A stretch of 64,000 nucleotides of DNA, taken from Eledone cirrhosa (lineage: Eukaryota). The DNA lies in the NCBI GenBank assembly GCA_964016885.1, contig OZ024740.1:87234001-87298000 (forward strand), in the 5' to 3' direction. This document shows positions 51,501 through 64,000 of the stretch, one piece after another (the stretch's first letter is position 1; each line of letters opens with the position of its first letter). The notes under the pieces were generated by a model that saw only the letters and a program-made list of their open reading frames with translations, made no database searches and was not told where the DNA came from. The translations under genes and the position numbers were made by a program.

Positions 51501-53323
51501 GACAATAACAGAAAGTACCCTATTTGTTATGAACCTTTTCAAAAACAGTTCCCTAGGTTTTGTCTTAATGAATCAACTAATGCAAGTGAGTGGCAACACC
51601 CTACATTTTTTTTACTAATTTTCTACATCACTAAGCTAGAGGGATGAGTAGTACCCAAAACCCATTTCAAGGCCTCCATGACTGGTGTGAAGAAGAGAGG
51701 AATGTAACTTGAAATTGGAGATCTGGTCCAAATACCTGTGACACACCAGACTTTACTAAATCAGGCGAGGAGTATGATGCCCAATAATAGGTAATTTAAT
51801 AATTTTACATGACCTGAAGCAAAAATATATGTGGGCTACTTGCCAAAACATTTTACCATATCACACTGATACTGATATGTTTGAGTCACCTTTATAGGAC
51901 AGGTTATGAAAGAAGACAATAACTATATTTATTTGAGTAAATCAGTTATTTTCATAGAAAAAAAAAGACAAAATGAAAAACAAAAACAATGGAAAATGAT
52001 TTATAAGTACACATGTTTAACAGCAACAATAATTTTTCATACACTACACATCTTACCCAGAATATGATGAATACAAATAATCAAATGAAAATAAAATAAA
52101 AATTATCTTCGATGTACAATAAAACACAAAATAATAATAATAAGTTATTCATCACACATAAAGCCCTGAAGTTATATAAATGAAGGTAAATGACACGTTA
52201 TGACATTCATACCTTTATTCCAATGATAATAATGAAATAAGTAAAATAATGATTTCAATAGGCAATTAGTTACAGATTCATCTCATTGAGACCTACAACT
52301 GCACAAAAATGCCTGCATTAAAGGTCAAAATATAGGATTATCAACCAACTAAAGGTACAACCAAACTATAATATTCATTCTTCCTTTGATAAATAATAAG
52401 TTTTTTTGTTAGTATTGATAATAGAGATAACTCTCTCATACAACAGGCCAAGAAAGTAGATTATGGCTGACCTTTATTTGCATAGAAGACACCATTATAC
52501 ATAGTATTCACTACTATAACAATGTTTCACACAGGTATACCAATGGAACAACTACTTAGAAATTTGCAGACTGTAAATTCTATATGTTGCAGTTATCAAG
52601 TAGTAAACAGTTTCATAAAATGTTTTAACAAACATAAACATGGATATAGCTAAGTTCCCACTAAGGTTTTGTTTTTATATACTGTCATTCACTAAATTAT
52701 TATGCATCCTTAGAGCTAGGTCCTATTTTACATTTGCATTGACCCTGCAACTTTTTGATGACTTATTTGTATGAACAACTAGAAAGTCTGGTCAATATTA
52801 AATTCACTCTGCAATCCTGTTGTCAGGCTGCATTGCCCAAATCACTTGGTGGGTTTACATAAATGCTTTTCAATCTATTTCCTTTACTTCCTTTCTTCCA
52901 TTTATGCATGCACTTTACTGAGCAGCAACAGTATCTTTCCAACATTAACTGGCTCTAAACAAAGAGGTGGATGATGCTTTACTACTGTAAAGGGAGCTAG
53001 GTTTGTTAGTTCCATAGCAGCATAATTGATAATTTACAGTTGAAACATGTTTTAGTTTATTTTAAATCAATCGGATCAACATTTAAAGTGTCACCTATTC
53101 TGTGTAAGTGCTATATTTCTGAGGTTGGGTTGATGTTTTACCTGTGGTGAATATCAGTGGCTTACTTAGACCAGAATATCTCTAAACCACCATTGCATTA
53201 CGATTTACCATTTGATCTTGCGTTGGAGGTAGACGCCTCATACAGAACACTACTGTTACTAACTCTTACACTCAATGATATATCCTCAATGCTATAAAGG
53301 AGAAGAGGATTACTGCATCCATA

Positions 53324-53551
53324 GCGGAATGGAATAAGTTACTGAAATACCATAATTTGTTAGTGAATTATATTTTTCATCCTTTGGCATTTGAGATGCT
53401 CAGAGAAGTGAGGCTGCTGTCAACAAAGATTTTATCATAGTTGGAGACTTGTCTTACTGAAACATGAGGTGACTCTGGTGAGGATGCTTGTCTGTTCTTG
53501 TGCCTCAACCTTGCTATCACTAGCAGTAATGCCATGAGTGTTTTGGGTTGC
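53324..53551 (+). pseudogene. CRE-like non-LTR retrotransposon RLE C-terminal remnant
   Basis: AEWNKLLKYHNLLVNYIFHPLAFEML...GDSGEDACLFLCLNLAITSSNAMSVLGC parallels AExxKxxKY..YxFxPxAFET.G..GDxRExxxLFQRLSxAIxRGNAxSVLG; two stops. Confidence 0.6.
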
Positions 53552-53806
53552 CTTTAAAATGTTTCAAGGGAAAACACCAGTATCTCCTGTTATAGTGTAT
53601 AATTGAGTGTGCATGCTTTTTCCTATATTTATCTTTTTCCAACTCATTTTTATTGTTAGTGTCCATTTGGTTCATTGATTGTATATATATATACATTTCA
53701 CATTTAAATACTGAAATAAAAAATGTGACAGACTGCATAAATTACTCAACTTCCAAATAAGAATGATACATTTTATTTATTTGTTTATTCTGTCATTTCA
53801 TTTTGA

Positions 53807-56246
53807 ATCATCATCATCATCATCACCATTTTACGTCCGTTCTTCCACGCTAGCATGGGTTAGATGGGTTGTCCTGTTGTGGGCAGTGTCTGGTTGGCTG
53901 ACCATGCCTTGCTCATACAGGAACTGATTTGGCTTGATTTCTACAGCTGGATGCCCGTCCTAACACCAACCTCATTTACAGTGAGTGTTGGGTGCTTTTT
54001 CGTGGCGCCTTAACGTCCACTTTACAGTGTGGGCTGGGTGCTTTTTTGCCGTGGCACCTCCACGACCACCTTGCAGTGGGAGGGTGTGGGGCATATTGTC
54101 TATATGCTTCAGCTTGTACCCATGGGAGGTCGGGTACTCTGTATTACTGCGTGATGCCAGAGGTCACGGTCGTGTGTCATCGCCTTTGAGAGGTGTAATT
54201 GGGTAAGGTCGGCTTTTATCACCTCATCCCAGGTCATCTTGGGTCTCCCCACTCCGCGGTTTCCATCAACTTCTAGTGCTCTGCACCTTTTTATGCAGCT
54301 GTGATCCTTCATATGCATCACATGTCCATACCAACGCAGCCGCCTCTCCTGCACACAGCATTTGATTCCTCTTATGCTCAGTCTCTCTCTCAATTCATTT
54401 ATGCTTTGTCGATCGCGTATATTACTATACACATCCATCGGAGCATGCAGGCTTCGTTTCTCTCTAATCTACGTAAGTCTTCCACCTTCAGCGCCCAGGT
54501 CTCACTACCATGTAACATTGCTGTTCGGATACACGCATCATACAGTCTGCCTTTCATTTTGAGGGAGAAGCCTTTTGCAGCTAGCAGTGTTAGTAGTTCC
54601 CTGAACTTCTTCCATCCCGTTCTTACCCTAGTTATTGTACTTTCTGAACACCCACCTCCGCTGCTAATTCGGTCACTCACCTAGGTAGCAGAAGCTGTCT
54701 ACTGTCTCTACAGAGCCCTCCCAGAGATTGGTGCTACTTATTTTCTGTGGCTGTTTGCTGTCCCAGTACAGCTGCTGCATGTGAAGCCTACATTCTTAAT
54801 TAAGCTTCCTGAGATCCTGCTACATCTCTTGTGTACCCATTGTTTGCATTTGGGGCAGAGAATGGAGTTCCTACCTACACCTTTCTTACATACTGACCCT
54901 TTCTTTCTAGTTCCTGCTTCCAAGTTTGGAATTTCTTCTCTAGTTCTACCATAGATTCAGCTATAAGTGCGAGGTCATCAGCATACAGGAGTTCCCATGG
55001 GCACCTGGTCTTAAACTCCTCCGTTATTGCCTGCAGGACTATGATGAACAGGAGAGGGCTAAGAACAGAGCCCTGGTGGACCCCAACAGGTACGCTAAAT
55101 TCCTCGCTATACTCATTGCTAATCCTAACTTTGCTGACTGCTCCCCTATACATGGCTTGTACAGCTTTCACAAGCCATTCATCTACTCCTAATTTTCTAA
55201 GAGCCCACCAGATTACAGCACGTGGAACTCTGTCAAAGGCTTTCTTGAGATCGACGAATGCCAGGTAGGGTGGCTTACTTTTAGCTAGGTACTTTTCCTC
55301 ACAAGGAAGAGAGCATCAGTGGTGCCTCTTCCTGGTACAAACCCAAATTGCATCTCATCTAGTTTCACCCGGTTCCTAATCAACTGTGCTATAACTCTTT
55401 CTGTTACTTTCATGACCTAGTCCATCAGCTTTATACCTCTATAGTTTCCTCTATCGAGTGCGTCCCCTTTACCTTTGTAGCAGTTGACAATGATGCTACT
55501 GCACCAATCTTTTGGTGTGACACCTTCTAGTATTACCCGGTTAACAATACGTGTGGTTATAGTGTGACCTACAGACCCAGATGCCTTCAGCATCTCGGCA
55601 GCTATACCCGATGGACCGGTTGCCTTCCCCATCTTCATATCTTTGATTGCCTTACTTACTACGCTGCTGCTGACTTGTACTGCTGACTTGTACTGCTGGC
55701 CCCTCTATAGGGTCTACTGGGGGTAGGGTCTCTTCTTCCCATGCATTCTCCTCATTTAGTAATCTATCATAATGACTCTTCCATGCATCTTTCTTCTCAG
55801 CATTTGTGAGGGCAAGCTCACCTTTATCATTCCGGATACACTTCTCTCCAATGACATCACAATTCTCTCTGACACACTGCCTCAAGATCTTGAACACCTG
55901 TTTTTGGTCCTCACGTTGCAAAACATGCTTGAATTTTCTATCCTCTACTTCCCTCCTAGCTAAGTATACTTGTAGCCTAGCTTCCCTCTTGGTCTCTATG
56001 TAATGTACCCTGCTCCCCCCATTCTTCCATTCTTTCCATGCCTGTCTCTTGGCCTTAACTGCCTCATCTACCTTATTGTTCCACCACCAAGTCACTCTCC
56101 TCCTGCTTGTGGTCTTACTCCAGCCACAGACCTCATCTGTTGCCTCTAGTAAGTTATTTTTTAGGAACTCCCAGTGCTCTTCTACATTGAATGTCTCTAT
56201 CTGTTCTTCTTTACTGTCGTAGGCGTTGAGTAAAATATCTTTGAAT
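53807..56246 (-). mobile_element. RTE-clade LINE, ~2.4 kb, 5'-truncated
   Basis: WWWNNKV, KATGPSGIAAEMLK, NYRGIKLMD, VGVHQGSVLSPLLF, ELLYADDL, Cys-rich insert, LHGSETW, RWYGHV; 3'UTR and (GAT)n tail; frameshifts and small deletions. Confidence 0.95.
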
Positions 56247-59002
56247 ACATATAATTTTTATGAATTGCTATATGTGCTCTCAGCAGTAATTAACCTATAG
56301 CATATATCTAATTAAGTTATCAATGACTATCATTTTCTGAAAATGATGAAATAGTTGTTTTCAATTGATCACTGGCATTAATCCATCTGATATGACTTCA
56401 ATGACAATGAAAACAAAATGAATGTGTCCAGTTAGCAACCTAAATGTATATTTATTAATCATTAGATAAAACAGAAATGAATTTAAACACTAAGAAGTGT
56501 TTATAACTTTAAAAAATGCTATTAATGTAATTTATTCAGACAATGACTGATCTTTTGGCATGTATCTTAAAGAAAGCACTGGCTATAAAGAACAAATAAG
56601 TGGATGTTAATGGGGCTTGTTTTTCTGATATATGACTATTAATGAAATTTGACAAGGTTTTGTTCGAATGGTTTTCCTAGCCCATCTAGCCCATATATTT
56701 GTGGCAGGGTTTTTCAGACTGGATGCCCATCCTATCACCAACCATTTTACAGTGTGGACTGGGTGCATTATTCATGTCACCAACACTAGAGAGGTTGTTT
56801 TACTGAACTCAAGAGCTCTTTCAACACTATAATCAGATTTTGTTTAGAGTGTCTGCTCTCCTAGAGATTATGGATCTTACTATATGATTATTATTGTTTG
56901 GTTCCAGGCTAGCTCTAAAGACCAAACCTATTATAAAAGATGTTTCAGATGCAAATATACTGTTTTGCTTCCAGAGTACATTTCCCAATTTGTTCTTACT
57001 TTTTTTTAAAGATAGTGTGGTGGGTTTTTTTTGAGATTGGCTGCTATTTCTAATGCATCATGGAAGTCTCATGAACAATTTAAAAATTTGCTCAAACAGG
57101 GTTCAAATAACATGGTCTGTTTTTATACATTTCTTTTTCTATTCCTATTTTTTACACACACACATACACAATAGATATGGAACACACAATTAAATAAAGA
57201 CAAAGCGTTGAATATAATTTCATGGACGTTAAATGTACAAAAATGTATTTTACAGCAACACATACACATTTTAATAGAAAGAATGATGTCTCGACTAACA
57301 TTTCTAAAGACAATGGCACTAATATGAATGGTTCTAGTGACACAGCTGGTAATGTTAACATTCACACACATTTTATCAAACAGAGGTGCAAGTTTGACCT
57401 TGCCCTTTGCTAGTGTCATCACTAAAGTTTAGATATCAACCAGCTGTCTGAAAGAAAATAATAGTTTGGCAGCACTACATAATGAAAACAAGTGTGCCTT
57501 TACCTGAAACCATAAAAAAATTGCAAGAAAGAAAAAAATGTGAACTATTCATGCATTGCTAAAGCTAGAGTAATGTCCATTGTGTCCTCAAAATAATAAT
57601 TCGAGAGAACCCTAGTCAATGCATTAAATGAGAAGATTTTTAATTACAAATGAGAAGAATTACATGGAACCATATCATATTTAAAAATGAGAATTGGGAG
57701 AGAAGCCAAGCCAAGCAAAAGTGCCACATGTCTGCTCATAGGCTAATCCCCCAAAAGACCAGATGAAGAAAAATGAGGATCAATATGAGAAACACCAGCT
57801 ATGATATTGACCCTGGAATCATTTTAACTTTTGTGTGAAATATAACTTTTAACAATATGTGCTTGGATGGAGTTTCTATGGAAATACAATTCCAGCTGGT
57901 CAGAAAAATTTGGCTGCTATTCTTCACAAAAGGATTGGCTACATAAAGATTATTTTGTTACAGATGTACAGCACCTACAGCAATAATGGAAATACTTATG
58001 TTAAATCAATTATTAAATCAAGATTAACATTATGTTGTCAAGAAGTAATCAAGCTGCAATAACATTATCTTATGTCAAATGAAGCCAAACAGTGCACAAT
58101 ATTGACAATGTTCAAATTGTTGGGCTTTCCCTATCATCTTGTTTTATTTTAAAAATATTGAACTTACAAGCTCTTATGGATTTTAACTCAATGCTTCTGG
58201 GATATTATATTTTTTACTTGAGTTTTTTAATGTTCTAGTTATCACTTGACCTTTTGGTTATACTTTACAAACCATGAAGGTTTCTTATAAAAAAAACAAA
58301 ACAATTTATAGAAAATATGACCTTTTATATTAAAAAGCAGTCATGGTATTCACATTTATATAAGCAGGGCCTGTATGTCACCTGAGGCTATGGATCTGCA
58401 CCGGGAAAGGTTTTGTGGAAGACCAGCAGTTGCACATGCATGCACGTTTCTTATCTCCATGCCTCTGATGTTGCCCAAGGGAAAGAAAGATACTAAATTA
58501 ATATATCCAAGACCATATTGTGTACATTTTTATATCACTAACAATTCTATTGTAATTCACCAATGATTATATTGAAACAACTTAGGCAAAATCATCCAAT
58601 ACATTTTATAGCAATATTCTCTATATAACATGATTCCTACACAAGCTTGAATCACAATATTATCTTATACCCATTTAATGTAATTATATTAAATTATAAA
58701 ATATAATAACTTGTGATCAGCAGGTAATAGATAATTGCTACTCAAGCACTGCTTTCTGAAAGAACATCAAAGTTAGTCAAAAAGCAATTTATTTCAACAA
58801 CCATTAACTCAACAATTGCAGATAATGCAGAGAAATGTCATGACACAATATGTTCACCATCTTGAAAATTACAAGATTTATTGCTCATAGGGAGAATTGT
58901 TAGATAATTTCATTTTATTTCAGTTCATATGCATGTTTTGTTATCTCAGATTGGGATTTCTTATTCTAGCTAGTTCTGATCTATATAGACTAATAAGGAT
59001 AG

Positions 59003-59170
59003 AGCATGGTTGGGTGGTTAAAAAGGTTTGCTTCTCAATCGCGTGATTCTAGGTTCAATCGCCCTGCTTGACATCTCAGGCAAGTGTTTTTTACAATAAA
59101 CTTGAGCCGACTCAAACTCTTTGAGTAAAAGTAGGCAGGCAGAAATTGTGTAAAAAAATGGTGGATGGAC
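59003..59170 (+). mobile_element. tRNA-derived SINE
   Basis: tggttgggtggtt (A box), ggttcaatcgc (B box), caggcaagtgtt core. Confidence 0.6.
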
Positions 59171-61085
59171 TTTACCTTTAATTCAAAATCATGCAACAGG
59201 TATATATGCCTGTGGAATACTCTAACACAATTTCTCATTGTGTTTGCTTATTATTCTGAATGGTCCTCTGTTGATTTCAACAATGAATGTTTCAGTTATT
59301 CACCAAATATCCTACTCATTAAATTAATGTCATAAATATCCCATAGAAGGTTCAGTAAGGTACATAAGTAACTGAAGTGTGAGTCCTAGAATAAGTGAAT
59401 TAGCTACTTCATGCAGGCATTTTCAACTATTGTGATATGGCACACTTGTTCTACATATAGTCCACAAGTGTGTTATGAGTATCTTTTAGGTAAATCAAAA
59501 GATGCAAGGATATTGAGAAAATTTTGGAAATTTTAATGCACCACACCAGTGCATGAGTATCTCTTTCTACAAGTGCAAAGAGTGGAAGTATTTGTTTTAG
59601 TATTTGTCTTTTATATAAAAAGCTTTTAAAAAGCTGATGATTTACCAGAAAACTTTTAGTTCCTTATTCAGTTTCCTGTGGAGTGTAAAATGTTGAAAAA
59701 TCGCTGACTAAAACATTTCCCAATTTTCTGTAGAGATACATAGGATACAATAATTTCCAATTTAAAATTTTCCAAAAGTCAGCATTCATTAAATAAGAAT
59801 TACGAAATATATATAAAATTTAACTAATCTATCTACACTTTTCTATTTTCTCTTTCCTATAAAAAAAAACAACACATATTTTAATGGAGAGTGCATGTGC
59901 ATATGTGCACACACATATATACTAATATATACACTCAATTTACTACTGACTTGCTGTGGAATGACAATGATTTAAACATAGGATGGTGTTAGTCTAAAAC
60001 TGAAATCTTTCAATTGTTAAGCCTTTCAAGTTTTTTAATTTTCCTATGAAAAATACGAGAAAATTTAGCTTCAGAGTTATCTTTTTATTTATAGTCAGAC
60101 AATCTATAATTCAATGTCCTTGCATCCAAACCATATCCTCATTAGCATGTCTCTATCGTGCTTTGGCTTCAATTTGCAAAATAAACACGAATCAAGTAAG
60201 AATGTCAAACATTCAGCGTTAAATTGGAACAGAGCCTATTTTAGCCACTCAAAAACTTAGACTCTTAACCAATTAGATTAGATTATGCTGACAACCGCTA
60301 TCAAATTAAGTAGAATCAAGAAGGAGAAAGTAAATTTCCAGAGAAGAAAACTTATCACCATGTGATAAGCTGTTGGTTTGAAGACGTGTAAAACTGATTC
60401 TAAGTCATTTTGTTTGCGGACAAATTTAAAAAAAAACCTAATATATAATCATGGTTCTGGAGATAGAAAATTGGCATCTGGTTAGGAATAAAAGCTGACT
60501 TTCTCTCAATTAGCAGTTGTGGTTTAAATTTAGTATACCCAAATGCAGCAAGACATCTTTGAAAATTAGCCTATAAATAAAATTAAGGAAGCTTAAAAAC
60601 ATTTAAAAAAAAAACTAAATGTCACTAAAAATTCCATGACCAAGTTTTTCTATTTTTCTTCATATATAGCAAATGTTCATCTTGTTACCTGATTAGCTTT
60701 TTCCCTGTAGAAAACAACATTTTTTTCACATCAGATCAATACCTCATTTGAAGAAGAAAAAATATTCTGAAAACGTCAAATCCAATCTAATACCAAACAT
60801 ATCGTACTTACAAAAGGCTACTTTCTTCAAGAATGAAGATTCTGTTTCATCTATCCTCAAACATTCTAATAACATGTTAATTTGTCAGTAGTTTAATTTA
60901 AAAAAATACAAAACAAACAGGGAAAATAGCAGCAACGAAATGAAGATTCTGGGAGAATTTTACTTGCCTTAGCATTTAATAAATGGCATCCAAAATACCT
61001 ATAGAAAACTAATCACATATCATTTTTCTTCATTTAATAATGCATGCTTAATTTTTCATTATTTATCCCAAGCTCAGTACTGATT

Positions 61086-61340
61086 GTGGAGGCATGTGAC
61101 CTAGTGGTAAGGGTGTTGGTCTTATGATGATAATGTCATGGGTTCGATTCTTGGAGTGCGTTGCGTGTTGTGTTCTTGAACAAAACATTTGATATTGCTC
61201 AGCTGAAAATGAGTACCAGCAATAGCTGGGGGTTTAACTCTGTGATGGACTGGCATCCTGTCCATGGAGGAGTCTTGTACTTTCAGTAACTTCATTACAA
61301 ACACCAGCCTGATGAGCCTCTGGGCTTGAGACAGACTTTA
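61086..61340 (+). mobile_element. tRNA-derived SINE, near full length
   Basis: tgacctagtggt (A box), ggttcgattc (B box), tcagctgaaaatgagtaccagc, ctgtgatggactggcatcctgtcc; same family as 11040-11295. Confidence 0.75.
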
Positions 61341-63789
61341 GAATTTCAGTACAAATCGATCATGCTTATAACCAAATAGCGTTCTTGATGTGACTAGTGT
61401 TTTGTATATTAGGGCCTAAATGATGCAGTATGTCCTTTTTCTTTTAAGATGAAAGGAAATTTTTGGCTACTATTTTTAGCAGGTAAAGAAATCCCAAAGT
61501 GGTTTGGTGTATCAGAAATAAGTAGCCATTTGGGGAACCAAGTTTGCAAGCTGTTAATGCTCGAAAAATCATGTAGATCATAGAATCTCATTGCAATGTA
61601 AAGGCTAAGTCAATAATTCAAAAGATATTTACAATACTATCAACTCTTAAATGATGTTTGAGTCAATGTATTAGTCCACTATTCTAGAAAGACTACACAA
61701 CAGACTTCTTCAAAAATGTATTTTCCAATGTCTATTGAAATTCAGATATTTATCTTACACATTTTTATTTTTGGATCATGTAGAAATAGCTCAGTCTTCT
61801 TTAATGTAGAAGCAGCAGTAGGTATCACCTGATACCTATTTTTTTTAAATGATGTTTTAATATTTCTAGTTAGCATATATTTTTGTATCAGTTGACCCTG
61901 GTCCCAATCATGCATGTTTGTTGTCTTCATTAAGAGTTGAGGGATCTTTTATTTGCTATATTTTACAGGAGGCACTTTTACATGTTTTTTTTTTTTTTTC
62001 TTATTTTTTCAGTCAGAAATAGAAGGTAGTGTCCATGACACTTTTCAGGGCATTTGGAACTGGTGGGAAGGAGACCTGGCTTAAATGCTTGAATAGAGTA
62101 GACTTCACTAAAGAACCCCAAAGGACAATTTGTGGGATTAAGTCTACCATCTAGAGCTTTAAACAGTTCCTGAACAGGGATTAACTTTGCATTTTGACTG
62201 CTGCCAATAGTCTATAAATCATTTGCTTTATCCTGATAATACTGGGTTTTCACATACACACAGGTCAGAAATTTACAGAAAGTGATGTTTCATTAGGTGG
62301 ACTCCTCATAATCAACTGATACTTATTTTATTGACTCAAGAAAGACAAAGATTAAAGTCAACCTTTGTGGGATTTAAACTTAAAGTGTAAAAATATCTGA
62401 TTTCAGTGCATGCACAATAGCCTACTTTGCATTTATTATTGATATTTTAGCAAGGATAGAGGCCTACCTCAACAGGATTTGAACTCAGAAGGTAAAGGTA
62501 TTCAATTCTGTTCATTGCTCTACCAATTCTGTAAAAGCACTGCCCTAATTTCACCAGATAGTCTCAATGTTTCTAGTTCTGTTTCTAATACATCTATGAT
62601 GGCCTAGTTTATATTTTTTATTGCTGGTATTTTATCATTAAATTATCATTGCCAAAGCCACAATTTTCATCTTTAGATCTGTCTGCCAAAACATCATTCT
62701 CATATTCAATTGTTTTTATATTTTTGTCAGTTCTAGTTTGTTTCTCTTTGTATAAGTTGAAGTTGACTTTCTCGCAACAATATCTGTTACTTTATTTGTT
62801 TATTATTTGATTCAGTGAATATATTCTTCTGATTTATGCTGCAAATGATTATATTTTAAATACTCTCATTTTCATAGTTTATATTCTATCTGGTTTTTAT
62901 TATTATTATTCATTAGTTTTCTTTTAAGTCTTCTATTTCTATGGCTGATTACCTTTAGGATACACCTTGTTAAATTAGCTAGACTATTAGGATCCAAAGC
63001 TACTTGGAAAACAGTTTTTTTTTTTAAATCTCTATACAAAGTATGTGCATAATGTGGTCAAATCTTTTTTTTTTATATGTAGAAAGCAGTTTGTTATAAG
63101 ATATGCTTGTAGTATGGAGGTGTTCTTCTCTTATATCTATTCTGTTTTTATTAACAGGTTTCTACAAGAGTAAAGACTGACCCTTTTATTTAGCTTGATA
63201 TTTTTATCAAGTACTGGTTTATTTCTTGAAGCTCCAGCATGTTTTCACGCTTCTATTTTTTAATACTTTTTTTTTATGCATCAATTTCAAAGATGCTCTA
63301 AGCATTGTTTTTATTGTTTGTTATAAGTAGACTTGTTCTAGTGTTGATTTCATTTGCACTCCATTAGTAAATTTATTTTACACATGGTAGCCAGACAAAA
63401 GGGTAAATATCAGCAATACATGTGAAGAAAACAGAAATAACATAAGAAAATTAAACAACTTAATACAAAAACAAGTTAAACAGATATCCATCAACATGAT
63501 TTGGTTTTTCATAAACACATTTGTTAATATCTTTGTTGTTATATTATTTGATGTTAATGGATATTTTTAGGGTTGTTAATAACTATACCAAACATTCTTT
63601 AGCCTTGTACTACTCTCCCGACACTTTATTCTCTCATTGATATTAATGTCATTATCCTACACCTGTTGTTGATATTATTATTAAGAATATGCAAATGTGG
63701 TATAATCCCTTCAATTGTTGCCTTTGTGGCAAATAGAATAAATCATCAGTTCACTTGCCACATGTTTTAGATTACATATGCAAAAAAGT

Positions 63790-64000
63790 ATACACATACA
63801 CATACATACATATACACACACATATATACATACATACATATACACACACATATATACATACATACATATACACACATATGTGTACATATATATATACACA
63901 AATACATATATATATATATATATATATACATGTATATATATATATGTACATGCATATATCTACATATACATATATACACCCACACAGACATATACACACA
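63790..64000. repeat. (CATA)n/(TA)n/(CA)n microsatellite
   Basis: Visible. Confidence 0.95.

Overview
AT-rich, repeat-dense eukaryotic intergenic or intronic DNA. The repeat complement (RTE LINEs with (GAT)n tails, tRNA-SINEs, long (TA)n/(CA)n tracts) resembles a cephalopod (Octopus-like) genome, but that is inference. I recognise no host protein-coding exon; most ORF-track entries are microsatellite read-throughs or transposon remnants. Supportable content: many RTE-clade LINE fragments (at least three 3'-end variants, one 330-bp piece duplicated identically), remnants of L1/Tx1, HERO-like and CRE-like retrotransposons, Tc1/mariner fossils and MITEs, hAT-, piggyBac- and Helitron-like non-autonomous elements, and several tRNA-derived SINE families, one sharing its tail with an RTE in the window. 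The most interesting signal is a set of non-coding modules wedged into (TA)n tracts. (i) A 1.9-kb element with ~430-bp inverted terminal arms, each carrying a minimal type I hammerhead ribozyme with palindromic stem III (Penelope-like pLTR architecture). (ii) A second, unrelated hammerhead family sharing an unusual U.U pair at the base of stem II. (iii) A ~260-bp unit containing a full 71-nt tRNA-like cloverleaf, present twice as complete monomers with different circular permutations, implying a tandem or circular template.
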